IMG/VR virus record: IMGVR_UViG_3300042879_005260
Coordinates: 1-29,513 of that record
Reading direction: 5' to 3' (one strand)
Length of the DNA: 29,513 nucleotides
Origin: a virus
Taxonomy: Duplodnaviria; Heunggongvirae; Uroviricota; Caudoviricetes
The notes beneath the pieces were generated by a model. It was given only the letters and a program-made list of their open reading frames with translations, did no database searches and was not told the DNA's origin. Positions 1 to 9,963 of this stretch are shown one piece after another; within the stretch, counting starts at the first letter, position 1; every line of letters starts with the position of its first letter. The translations under genes were made by a program, and so were the position numbers.

Positions 1-2
1 CT

Positions 3-1571
3 TTAGGTCTTAAAATCCCTGGTAAAAGAAGTTCTATAACTCTTGTTGACTTTTCAGTTACGGTACCGGTATTTGGTGATACTTTTGATATTAGATATGC
101 TCCTATATTAAAATTTGGAACCCAAGTCATTGGTGGTGGTCAAACTTTTGAAACTTTAGATGATATTGATTTTTCATCACCATTTAGTGCAGGCGGAATA
201 CCAAATAGATTAATTTTACCTAATATAAATGCTAACAACCAAATAACAAGTTATACCTTAGTTAAAAGAGAGATAGTTAGTAATGGTGTTACAAAAATAT
301 ATAGAAGGTCTATTGGTACTAATGATGCGGTACCTTTTTTAGAAGTTGTTTTACCAGATACAAATGTGGTTTCAATTGATTCCATAATAATTAAAGACGG
401 TACTACTTTTACTGCAACGCCAACAACATCGGAATTTTTAGATGAAGCAATAAGGTGGTATGAAGTAGATTCCTTAGCGGAAGATAAAATTTTTATTCCA
501 GATACAAATAGAACTACCGATAACAACGGTATTACACCTGGTAAATGGAAATCAGTTACTAGGAAATTTTTAAAAGAATATACCGATACTGGTTTTTGTA
601 AATTAACATTTGGTTCAGGATTTTCTGACACCCAGTATTTAGAAGCCTACACTAAAGACTCTTATGTTTTACAAATCGCTAATTATTTTAACAGCACCGC
701 ATTAGGTGAAATACCAAAACCAAATACTACTATGTTTGTTAGATATCGTATCGGTGGTGGTGCGGGTGCAAATATCGGTTCCAATGTTATAAATGCAGTT
801 GGTTTTGTGGAGATGATTGTTAATGGCCCAAATGCGACTAATAATCAATTTGTTAGGTCGTCACTAAGGGTTAATAACCCAGTACCAGCTTTCGGTGGTT
901 CAGATGATCCAACTTTAGAAGAAATAAGATACATAACAAAATACAACTTCGCATCACAAAACAGGGCGGTAACGATTAAAGATTATATTGCAACAATATT
1001 TAAAATGCCTGGTAAATACGGTGTTCCTTTTAGGATGCAAGTTGCAGAAAATAGAAATAAAATAGAATTTGCAATATTAGGTTTAGATTCAGCTGGTAAG
1101 TTAAACAACTCATCAACCAATACACTAAAAGAAAATATGGCTTCTTGGTTGGCGGAATATCGAATGATAAATGACTACGTTTTAGTTCGAGATGGTAGAA
1201 TCATAAATTTAGCTTTAGATATTGATCTTTACACCGATAAAGCACTAAATCAAGGTGAGATTATAAATAATGTTATCAACACCGTTAAAAATTATTTCTC
1301 AATACAAAAGTGGCAAATGGGTGACAATATTTTTATGGCAAATTTAGTAGAAGATATTAATAATGTTGCCGGCGTTTTAAACGTTATGGATATTAAAGTT
1401 TATAATAAAGTTTCTGGTGTTTATTCCTCGAATGTTACCTCACAAGCCTATATTGATGAAACAACCAGGCAAATTGATTTAACAGCTGATTATGCTTTAT
1501 TTGGTGAGTTTGACACAATGTTTGAAATTAAATTTCCTGAAACTGATATTCGTGTAAGAACTAAATCTTAA
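3..1571 (+). CDS. Baseplate wedge subunit, T4 gp6-like (5'-truncated)
   Basis: The frame is open from position 3 (LGLKIPGKRSS...), so the track start at 366 is internal. YNFASQNRAVTIKDY matches the gp6/baseplate-J 'QNRAVT..DY' motif, and VRYRIGGGAGAN is also typical of this family. Confidence 0.85.
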   Translation, partial: LGLKIPGKRSSITLVDFSVTVPVFGDTFDIRYAPILKFGTQVIGGGQTFETLDDIDFSSPFSAGGIPNRLILPNINANNQITSYTLVKREIVSNGVTKIYRRSIGTNDAVPFLEVVLPDTNVVSIDSIIIKDGTTFTATPTTSEFLDEAIRWYEVDSLAEDKIFIPDTNRTTDNNGITPGKWKSVTRKFLKEYTDTGFCKLTFGSGFSDTQYLEAYTKDSYVLQIANYFNSTALGEIPKPNTTMFVRYRIGGGAGANIGSNVINAVGFVEMIVNGPNATNNQFVRSSLRVNNPVPAFGGSDDPTLEEIRYITKYNFASQNRAVTIKDYIATIFKMPGKYGVPFRMQVAENRNKIEFAILGLDSAGKLNNSSTNTLKENMASWLAEYRMINDYVLVRDGRIINLALDIDLYTDKALNQGEIINNVINTVKNYFSIQKWQMGDNIFMANLVEDINNVAGVLNVMDIKVYNKVSGVYSSNVTSQAYIDETTRQIDLTADYALFGEFDTMFEIKFPETDIRVRTKS

Positions 1572-3343
1572 TGGAAAATAATAATTATGCAAATATAATA
1601 GGTAGTAAAAGATTTAAAACCGCAACTAATTCTAATACTAATTTACAAGTAGAATTAACCAACAATCAAAAACCTTTAAACGAATACGACTTTATAGAGA
1701 TTGTTGACCAAGAAACGGTATTTCAAGAAGAAAGGGAAGCTTCTAAAAAATATCGTATAAACGGTAAATTAAGTATTTATACAAGTAATGAACTAACAAC
1801 TGGTGCGACAACAAGTTATTGGGATCCACTTTTCTATGGTTATGGTAGAAACAATTTTAAACCGTCACCAGCTAATTGGGTTATGCAAATTTTATATCCA
1901 GTTGAAAAAAATTATGATTTAATTGTTGGAAACGCCGAAGCATATAGAGGGTTAGATTATTTAACAATTGGGTCGACTTTAATAAATAATGATCAAAAAT
2001 ATACAATATCTGGACAACAAAAACACAATTTAAATATTGGTGATTTTATTTATTTATATAGTAATAACAATATAAATCCCATACAAGGGTTTCATGAAGT
2101 TTTGGAGTTAGGTATTGAAAATAAAAACTTAACAACAGATATAACCTTAAACACAATAAGTAGTGGGCCAATAATAGGTAGTGGTTCATTTCTTAGAGTT
2201 GTTAATGTTTCATTTGATGATGTTGCGTTTAACAATGCCGCAAACATTGTTAACATAGCAGCTACCGATATTAGTGGTTCAACAACTGGTAGTTACTTAC
2301 CTGGTGAAACAAAATATACAATGGTTACCACAAATGGGCCACATAATTTGTTAAAAAATAATTTTGTTGATATAAGAGTACCTATTGTTAACAAGATTAA
2401 TGGATTATGGCATGTTTATAACATTATTAGCCCAAATAAATTTATAATAAGATTAAATTGTTCAAACACAAAAGGACAACTTATTGGGTTTAGCCAAACG
2501 CCAAAATGGCGAAAACTTGACGCGACACCATCAGAATATTATGTTAGAAGTTTTGAAGTCTTAACCACAAATGATTATGATGTCTATCCATGTGCTTTCG
2601 CGGAAACAATTTATAAAACAGGGGTTATAAATGAAACTTTTCTTTTTCAATTCAACCAAGATATAAATGTTAAAAAATTATTAAATCATAATAATGCAGA
2701 AATATCTGAATTATATTATGGAATTATAAAAAGATCAGGTGATAAACCATATCCCTGGGGTAATGTAACAAGCCATTGGGATTTTAACAGAAACACTGCG
2801 AATTCAACAAATTTTATCGAAAGAATTTCAAAAGCAAAAAACAACACAATAGGTACCATTGAAAAATTATCAGCCAGAACTGAAACAATAATAAACAATG
2901 AAGTTGTTACATTTCCTGGTAGTAAATATATTGGAGATTTTATTGAATATAACAGTTTAGAAATAACCGAAAAAATATCTGCCGAAGTTATTAACAGAAT
3001 TGCCTTAGTAAACAGTGTCGATGGTTACTATTATAAACCTTTTAAAAGGTTAGAAATTAGAAAATATTCAAATGTTATAGAATATGCACAACCAAATGAG
3101 GCGGTTATAAATTTACCGGCCGATTTTGTAACTTATACCGATGGCACCATTGCTTGGCGTGATTTACTACCTATAGGGTTTTATCAGGATTTTACCAATG
3201 GTGTTGAGTATCCGTTTCTTAATGATGCTCATTATTTTTATTTTAACCATAATTTGTTTGTTAGAAGGCAAAACCCAGTAAATATTGTAACACCAACTGA
3301 AGACATAAACATCGATCCAAATAATTTAAACGTAGAATGTTAA
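1571..3343 (+). CDS. Putative baseplate/tail structural protein with two 'T..HNL..G/N.FV' beta-module motifs
   Basis: 590-aa ORF coupled to the wedge gene by a TAATG overlap. It contains YTISGQQKHNLNIGDFIYL and YTMVTTNGPHNLLKNNFVDI, which resemble E1-FCCH-like modules of virion proteins. Function is inferred from operon context. Confidence 0.55.
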   Translation: MENNNYANIIGSKRFKTATNSNTNLQVELTNNQKPLNEYDFIEIVDQETVFQEEREASKKYRINGKLSIYTSNELTTGATTSYWDPLFYGYGRNNFKPSPANWVMQILYPVEKNYDLIVGNAEAYRGLDYLTIGSTLINNDQKYTISGQQKHNLNIGDFIYLYSNNNINPIQGFHEVLELGIENKNLTTDITLNTISSGPIIGSGSFLRVVNVSFDDVAFNNAANIVNIAATDISGSTTGSYLPGETKYTMVTTNGPHNLLKNNFVDIRVPIVNKINGLWHVYNIISPNKFIIRLNCSNTKGQLIGFSQTPKWRKLDATPSEYYVRSFEVLTTNDYDVYPCAFAETIYKTGVINETFLFQFNQDINVKKLLNHNNAEISELYYGIIKRSGDKPYPWGNVTSHWDFNRNTANSTNFIERISKAKNNTIGTIEKLSARTETIINNEVVTFPGSKYIGDFIEYNSLEITEKISAEVINRIALVNSVDGYYYKPFKRLEIRKYSNVIEYAQPNEAVINLPADFVTYTDGTIAWRDLLPIGFYQDFTNGVEYPFLNDAHYFYFNHNLFVRRQNPVNIVTPTEDINIDPNNLNVEC

Positions 3344-4077
3344 TTAAGTATCAAATACAAAATAGTTTTATTAAAACCACTGGAAATACAATAGTAGTAA
3401 GTGGTGGTACTTTTACTGAGGATTATAAATCAATTGTTATACCTATCGGTATGACTTTTTTACCTGTTGATTATGCTGAGGACGTGAATAAAGTTATAGA
3501 GACTGAAGTTAAAAAAGCTATTAACCCTTATTTTGATGCTGAAACAACAAAATATATATACCCAGATAAAGATTTAACCATTGAGTTTAGATTCTGGGAC
3601 AGTGTTGGGTTTTTTAGTGATTACGTTTCAGCTGGTTTTAATGAAACTGATATTAGAATAAGGAGGAAAGGGTTTAAAAATAGTTTTTTTAGGTTATATT
3701 TTTATGATAGTAATGATACAGAAAATAGCGAATTATTGTTTACCGAAGATTTAGATGTGGGAGAAACTAAAAAACCCAAAATAGATTTTAATGAACTTTA
3801 TTGGTTACGTAATGATGATTTTTTTATAAAAAATAACACAAATAGAACTGTCTATATGGAAGCAAAGTTTTTTAACGCAAAAATAGGCAAGATATTAACT
3901 TTTATAAATTTACCACTACAATATGGGCAAATAGATATTTCAGATTATGTTAACAATTTAAATTGGCGACGAGTACCCATAGTAATCAAAAACCCAAAAT
4001 TAAATACGGGATACTATAATTTCTCACCTAACAACGGCAGTAATAATATACTTTTAACACAATTGGTTATTGATTGA
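3337..4077 (+). CDS. Hypothetical protein, probably structural
   Basis: 246-aa ORF overlapping both neighbours inside the structural operon. Confidence 0.5.
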   Translation: MLIKYQIQNSFIKTTGNTIVVSGGTFTEDYKSIVIPIGMTFLPVDYAEDVNKVIETEVKKAINPYFDAETTKYIYPDKDLTIEFRFWDSVGFFSDYVSAGFNETDIRIRRKGFKNSFFRLYFYDSNDTENSELLFTEDLDVGETKKPKIDFNELYWLRNDDFFIKNNTNRTVYMEAKFFNAKIGKILTFINLPLQYGQIDISDYVNNLNWRRVPIVIKNPKLNTGYYNFSPNNGSNNILLTQLVID

Positions 4078-5663
4078 TGGAAATAATTAAAAAAAAATAT
4101 CGTTACCATAATTTAAGTGCTGAAACATTTAATTTCCCTATTTTTATAACACAAAATTTATTTAATACGGGGATTTATACCGATGTTGCGAATATAAACA
4201 ATGATGTTATTACTGGTTTTACATCTTCTTGGGATTTATCTTATGATGGAAGTTTACAAAAAAACTGTAAAACAACAAATAAATGCCAGGTAACACCAAC
4301 AATAACTAACGTAACAAGTTATAACGGTAACGACGGCAGTATTGTTATAAACGTAACAAATTTAAATACACCAGATTGTCCAGGCCCATTAGAAATAGAA
4401 TGGTTAGGCCCTAATTTTAATAGCACTGGTAGTTATAATATTAATAACCTTTATTCTGGTAATTATACGTTAAAAATAATAGACGCAGATTGTAATAGAA
4501 CTTTTAAAAGTTATTATATACAACAACCACCTGCTTTAGATAGTGATTTATTAGTTGATAACAGCCAAGTTAACGCAACAAACAATATATGTAACGGTTC
4601 TGCAACGGTGACGGTCACTGGTGGTGCACCACCTTATACATATGCTTGGTATTCAGCCGGTACAACAACACCAATAATCAGTACAAACTCTCAAATAACA
4701 AATATTTGTTTGGGTAGTAGTTATTATGTAGTTGTCACTGATTCTGACGGTACGATTGTGACTGAGTTTTTCACCTTGGAATTACCAGAACCTTTATCTG
4801 GCAGAACAATTTCAAAAACAGATATCGACTGCCAAGGTACCCCTGGTGAGATAGAAGTTGAAGGTTTTGGTGGTGTCGTCGGTACAGGATATACCTATCA
4901 ATTGTTGTCTGGTACGCCAGCAGTACCAATAGACCAAAACATTACTGGTATTTTTAATAATATAACACAAATAAACAGTGCATATATTGTTAGAATTATA
5001 GACGCTGTGGGACAGCAATTTGATTTATACGTTTCAATAACACAACCGATACCCGCGATAACAATAACAATTAATAGCACTAGTAATGCCCAAACAGATG
5101 GTTTTGATGGTGACACACCAACAGACCCAGACGGGCAATTTACTTTTAGTGTTATTGGTGGTGGAGGTATAACACAAAATAATTCTGTTGTTTATAATGT
5201 TTCTGCAGACCCGGTTTTTGATACAGGTTGTGGGTATACAATCGAGAATTCCTCTGTCGGTGGCGGTGGGTATGCTTTGGCAAATTCAACCACTTTATAT
5301 GCTTTATCTAGTGGTTGGTATGAAGTTGTTGCGTCAGATTTAGAATGTGAAACCACAATAAAAAATTGCGTAAACCATAGTTATACATCAAGTGTTGGAA
5401 TTACTAGCATAGGTGGAGGTAAATTACGAGCCAGTATATCAAATCCAACTGGATATAATTTTTATTTAATAAAATGGTCAGACGGTCAAAATTATGTTTG
5501 CCCAGGGGTTTTAACTGGTAGCCCTTGCGGAAGTCAAATATTAGATAGTAACCCACACGCCTCTGGAAGTCAAATTGTTTTAGAGGTAATTTGGGTTGAC
5601 TCAGCGGACCCCACCAATGACGCTAAATGGCGTACTTTTAAAAGAATATTTAAAATTCCTTAA
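4077..5663 (+). CDS. SprB-repeat-containing (Ig-like) virion/adhesin protein
   Basis: About four degenerate SprB-like units, e.g. VTSYNGNDGSIVINVT...NLYSGNYTLKIIDADC and CNGSATVTVTGGAPPYTYAW...YYVVVTDSDG. The ATG at 4077 overlaps the upstream TGA; the track start at 4074 is a TTG. Confidence 0.7.
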   Translation: MEIIKKKYRYHNLSAETFNFPIFITQNLFNTGIYTDVANINNDVITGFTSSWDLSYDGSLQKNCKTTNKCQVTPTITNVTSYNGNDGSIVINVTNLNTPDCPGPLEIEWLGPNFNSTGSYNINNLYSGNYTLKIIDADCNRTFKSYYIQQPPALDSDLLVDNSQVNATNNICNGSATVTVTGGAPPYTYAWYSAGTTTPIISTNSQITNICLGSSYYVVVTDSDGTIVTEFFTLELPEPLSGRTISKTDIDCQGTPGEIEVEGFGGVVGTGYTYQLLSGTPAVPIDQNITGIFNNITQINSAYIVRIIDAVGQQFDLYVSITQPIPAITITINSTSNAQTDGFDGDTPTDPDGQFTFSVIGGGGITQNNSVVYNVSADPVFDTGCGYTIENSSVGGGGYALANSTTLYALSSGWYEVVASDLECETTIKNCVNHSYTSSVGITSIGGGKLRASISNPTGYNFYLIKWSDGQNYVCPGVLTGSPCGSQILDSNPHASGSQIVLEVIWVDSADPTNDAKWRTFKRIFKIP

Positions 5664-5665
5664 TT

Positions 5666-6097
5666 ATGATAACTGGTACAACTTCGAACAGACTTTCTGA
5701 AATATCAAGATATAGTACAACAGAACCTTATAAGGTAGGCGTAAATGGTGTTACAAACATTACTTATAATACCAACGGTTCTATTAACCAAATATTTTAT
5801 ACATTAGATAGTGTAAATTATATAACAACAATAGTAACCGATAACAATAACACTGTTACTTCCTTACCAACAACGTTTCAATATTTTGTAAATAACGATG
5901 TTACTCAAAATATAAATGCAATAAAAGAAGAAGCAAAAATGGGCATGATTTTTCCACCAAAAATAAATAATCAACTATTTATTGAAAGATTCAGTTTAGC
6001 TATTTTTGAAAAACATTCCAGATTGTCAACAATAAAAAATATTGGTAGTTTGGAAGAATACAGGAATGGTTATTACAATGTGATTAAAAGTATTTAA
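5666..6097 (+). CDS. Hypothetical protein, probably structural
   Basis: 143-aa ORF tightly packed in the operon. Confidence 0.5.
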   Translation: MITGTTSNRLSEISRYSTTEPYKVGVNGVTNITYNTNGSINQIFYTLDSVNYITTIVTDNNNTVTSLPTTFQYFVNNDVTQNINAIKEEAKMGMIFPPKINNQLFIERFSLAIFEKHSRLSTIKNIGSLEEYRNGYYNVIKSI

Positions 6098-6109
6098 AAA
6101 AAAATAAAA

Positions 6110-7006
6110 ATGGCTAGTGGAAATTACGGAACAATAAGAGCGGCAACTGTCTCACCAAGCGATATGGAAATATACTATACTTATTCACCATCAAGAGATA
6201 TTGCCCCAACATTACCTTTACAATCATTATCACCATCACAAGTTATATCAAGATTTAATGATCCAAACCCAAATGCGAATGGTGTCGCTTTATTTGATGG
6301 TTTATATAATTTACAATTACCTGTTTCTAATTTTTCAACTAAAGGTATTTACAATATCGTTATAAAACCAAGAGAAATTAAAACAGTAATTACTGCTTGT
6401 GGTGTTTTAGCGGCTTTCCCAGATGTTAGGGGAATAGTTTTAGACGCAACACAATTAGGCGTACAAGATGTTACTTCTTTAATTGGTTATCGTGTTGAAT
6501 ATTATGATACCACAGGAAATAGAATACCTAATTTTTTTAGAATTATAACTTCAGCAAATCGTACTGAAGTGGTAAACGCTAATATTTCTACAACAACACA
6601 AACATCAGTTAGATATCGTTTTAACAACAGTTCTAATTTAGTTTTCTGTACCTTAACACCTAGTTCCGCACCAACAGTGGTGCCTAACCAATTTCCAAAT
6701 ATAGGAACACCGGGTCAGGCAATATCTATCAGTAACACTTTTTTTAACCCAATTTTAATAGAATTAGAAATGGTTGAATACGATACTGAAACATTGGCTT
6801 ATGGTATTTTTGGTAATCAAACAAAATCTATCCAAGACGGTAAGTACACTATTTATGATTTCCAAAATAATATATACAAACAATATAATCTTTATGAAAT
6901 ACAAGATCAATTTACCAATGAACCACTTTATGAAGTTAGAGAAGAAGTTGCTACAATTGATTTTACTAAAGATTTTAATACTATAACAAACTTATCAACA
7001 ACGTAA
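6110..7006 (+). CDS. Putative baseplate structural protein
   Basis: 298-aa ORF with an A-rich leader, coupled by TAATG to the next gene. The sequence is beta-rich and globular-looking. Confidence 0.5.
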   Translation: MASGNYGTIRAATVSPSDMEIYYTYSPSRDIAPTLPLQSLSPSQVISRFNDPNPNANGVALFDGLYNLQLPVSNFSTKGIYNIVIKPREIKTVITACGVLAAFPDVRGIVLDATQLGVQDVTSLIGYRVEYYDTTGNRIPNFFRIITSANRTEVVNANISTTTQTSVRYRFNNSSNLVFCTLTPSSAPTVVPNQFPNIGTPGQAISISNTFFNPILIELEMVEYDTETLAYGIFGNQTKSIQDGKYTIYDFQNNIYKQYNLYEIQDQFTNEPLYEVREEVATIDFTKDFNTITNLSTT

Positions 7007-9963
7007 TGGCAAGAATTAAAGTAGTACCAAGAAGTTTAACAGAAGCCTATAAAAAAAGAGAAGGTGATTTTTCACCAAATCTTGTAGGCTTACAGTTTAC
7101 TGACCCTAATGCTTTTTTTACTTTTGGTAACTTTCAAATTACAACAAACTTAGAAAGTAGATTAGTTAAAGATTTTGTACTAGGTGGTGAATGGTCTAAT
7201 TACTACAATTTAACAAATTTAAATTTAACTGAAGAAGATTCAGAAAATTTTTTGTCAAATGAAATATTTGTTAGATTAAATTTTAACCCAAATAGAATAG
7301 ATAGGTATGTTTATTTTGGTAGTTTTTATGAATATGCAAGGGTTACCGTAGAAAGTATAATTACAAAATGGAAAGGAGGTGTTTATTTAAACCCGACGTT
7401 AAATTCTAATGTACCTTTAAATACAGTTTTAAGTTTTAATTTTAACAGTGGTAACGACACAAGTACTTTTGTTATACCAAAATCAATCGTTAGTAATCCT
7501 TTTCAACTTATTTTAGATGAAGATTTAACACCACCAGGAACTGGTGAAATATATAATTTAAACTATAGTTTTAATAAATACGTAATAAAATCCGATAGTG
7601 GTACATATGATGTTATTGGTTATACTGCTTCAACAACCACAAATCCTTATATACAAGTAACAACAAAAGGAAATCCGTTCCCAAGTTTAACAGCTTCTAC
7701 TTTTGGTGGTTTAAGTTATTTATTAAGACCTAACGATTTAGAAGTTGAATTGTTTTTTAACGAATTAAATGATTTTGAAAGAATACTTTTAAATAGGTTA
7801 ACAACACCAATATACACTTCTACTTTTGATGTTCCTGTAGAATCTGACGGTGTTACTTTTACGTCTACTAAAACATTAACTTGGCCAACTACTGATGGGT
7901 ATAATATTGACATTAATACTCGTGATTATTCTTTATATCTTGAAAATTTACTTGAAATGGCCTCAACTTTTGACGCCAATAAAACTGATTTAGTATCAAG
8001 AAGGTTTGTTTCAGAATCTATACATGAGTTTGATACCAACGGAGGCGGTGACCCAGTTTATGGTATGAAAGTAACTAAATTGTTAAAAATTTATGGTCGT
8101 GAATTTGATGAAGTTAAAAAATATATTGACGGTATTTCTTTTGCAAATGTTGTAACTTACGATAAATTAGACAACACATCCGATGAATTAATTAAAATAT
8201 TGGCAAAAAATTTAGGTTTTGATGTTTTATTAACTGTAACAACTAATGATTTTGACCTTAAACAACAAATTTTAACAACAAACGCAACAAGTTTTAGTGG
8301 TTATTCTAAAAGTTTATCCGCAAAAGAATTAGATGTTGAATTATGGCGACGATTAGTTATAAACGCATGGTGGTTATACAAATCTAAAGGTACAAGAAAG
8401 GTAATTGAATTTTTACTAAACTTATTTAAAATACCAGAGTGTATGGTTTCTCTGGATGAATACGTTTATTTAGCTTCTAACAGGTTAGACACAACTAACG
8501 TATTTGATGAGTTACAAAAAATATATAACGATCCGACATTTTCTTTTTTAGACGTAAACCCTATACCCATGGACGACGTAGGGTTTCCTTTGCCTTTAAC
8601 AGAAACAATTGATAATTATTTTCAAAATGACGGTTATTGGTATAACAATGGTAATGAGAAAACTGAAGGTAACAATCCACATTACGGGCCTTACGATATA
8701 GGAACCAAATATTTAAACCAATTTAAATGTTTCGTACCAAATTTTAATGATTTTATAACTGGTTTAACAACCGTAACCACAATAAAAAATAGTTTTACTG
8801 ATTTTGATAAAGGTAATTTTACCGTTGGAACTTTGCCAACATATCCTAATTACGGTACATTAGTTAGTAATGCCACTATAATCGAAGCGGGCCTTGTTAC
8901 TTATGGTGATGTTGAAGGCCCAAATCTACCTGTATCTTCAGATGATAACGATTCATTAAAAATTAAATTTAAACCAGGTAACGGTTCAGAAAATTGTAAC
9001 CCTTGTACTTATAATTTATCATACAATGAAAATGGTTTTGTTTACATAACAGAAACAAACAAACCTTTAGACGATACTAGGTGTTGCCAACATTATGTAG
9101 ATCCAGATGGTTTATGTTATTGGTGCCCACAAACTGTTACGGAGGTTTGTACGCCACAAGAATACATTGATTTATTTTCGGAAAGTCAAATAGAAGCTTA
9201 TGCAGAAAGTTTAGGATGGGATTTAAATAGTAATAAAGCCGCGGAAGATTTTGTATTAGAAATATTAACACCTTTTTTTACTGAAAATGGTTGTTTAGTG
9301 GTAGATACCACAAATATCGAAAATGTCATAACAATAAGAAATAATCAATGTTGCCAGTCTAAGGGTGGTAACTTAGTTGAATATGAAGGTTCTTACTATT
9401 GCGTTAAGTCCCTTGAAGACCCTTGTAATAATTACGAAGAGGTATCACATGTTTATACTATTGATGGGCAATTAATGTCAGAAACTTGTTGTATTTCTTT
9501 AGGTTTTAACTGGAATGGTAGTCTATTAGAACCTAGTAAAATAAACATATACAATGAAAGTGGGCAAATAGTAGGATCGTTTACCGATAACGTTGCTCAA
9601 CAATATGTAACATCTATAACGAACAGTAAATTTTATTGTTCGGCTTGTCCACAAAACATTAAAGAAAGTGCCGATGGTTTACTTGCTTACAATCCAGAGA
9701 CTGAAACAACAACAGCGTTAAGTCAAACATGTTGTATTGATTTTGGTTTTACATATGATAGTGCTAGTGGTAAATGTTTAAAATGCCCAACACCTTCTTT
9801 ATCACAATCAGGGCCTGTACTTGAGGTTGTGTTCCCACCGAATACTAATGTAGAAGAATGTTGTACATCTCTTGGTTTTTATTATTATGACGCGGAGACA
9901 ACAAACAATGGTAATATACCAATAACAGATCAAACGGCTGAAACGGCCCCAACATCTGGTTAA
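7006..9963 (+). CDS. Baseplate wedge protein (gp7/P2 gpI-like core) with C-terminal Cys-rich repeats
   Basis: LWRRLVINAWWLYKSKGTRKVIEFLLNLF matches the 'KGT..IE.LL' motif of gpI/gp7-like wedge proteins. The C-terminal third carries CC...CxxCP repeats. Confidence 0.6.
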   Translation: MARIKVVPRSLTEAYKKREGDFSPNLVGLQFTDPNAFFTFGNFQITTNLESRLVKDFVLGGEWSNYYNLTNLNLTEEDSENFLSNEIFVRLNFNPNRIDRYVYFGSFYEYARVTVESIITKWKGGVYLNPTLNSNVPLNTVLSFNFNSGNDTSTFVIPKSIVSNPFQLILDEDLTPPGTGEIYNLNYSFNKYVIKSDSGTYDVIGYTASTTTNPYIQVTTKGNPFPSLTASTFGGLSYLLRPNDLEVELFFNELNDFERILLNRLTTPIYTSTFDVPVESDGVTFTSTKTLTWPTTDGYNIDINTRDYSLYLENLLEMASTFDANKTDLVSRRFVSESIHEFDTNGGGDPVYGMKVTKLLKIYGREFDEVKKYIDGISFANVVTYDKLDNTSDELIKILAKNLGFDVLLTVTTNDFDLKQQILTTNATSFSGYSKSLSAKELDVELWRRLVINAWWLYKSKGTRKVIEFLLNLFKIPECMVSLDEYVYLASNRLDTTNVFDELQKIYNDPTFSFLDVNPIPMDDVGFPLPLTETIDNYFQNDGYWYNNGNEKTEGNNPHYGPYDIGTKYLNQFKCFVPNFNDFITGLTTVTTIKNSFTDFDKGNFTVGTLPTYPNYGTLVSNATIIEAGLVTYGDVEGPNLPVSSDDNDSLKIKFKPGNGSENCNPCTYNLSYNENGFVYITETNKPLDDTRCCQHYVDPDGLCYWCPQTVTEVCTPQEYIDLFSESQIEAYAESLGWDLNSNKAAEDFVLEILTPFFTENGCLVVDTTNIENVITIRNNQCCQSKGGNLVEYEGSYYCVKSLEDPCNNYEEVSHVYTIDGQLMSETCCISLGFNWNGSLLEPSKINIYNESGQIVGSFTDNVAQQYVTSITNSKFYCSACPQNIKESADGLLAYNPETETTTALSQTCCIDFGFTYDSASGKCLKCPTPSLSQSGPVLEVVFPPNTNVEECCTSLGFYYYDAETTNNGNIPITDQTAETAPTSG

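Noticed and set aside
251-631. Minus-strand ORFs at 251-631, 2716-2898, 4898-5116, 7716-7913, 12321-12590, 16153-16434 and 17101-17514
   Set aside because: They are antisense shadows fully inside long plus-strand genes, with no recognisable motifs.
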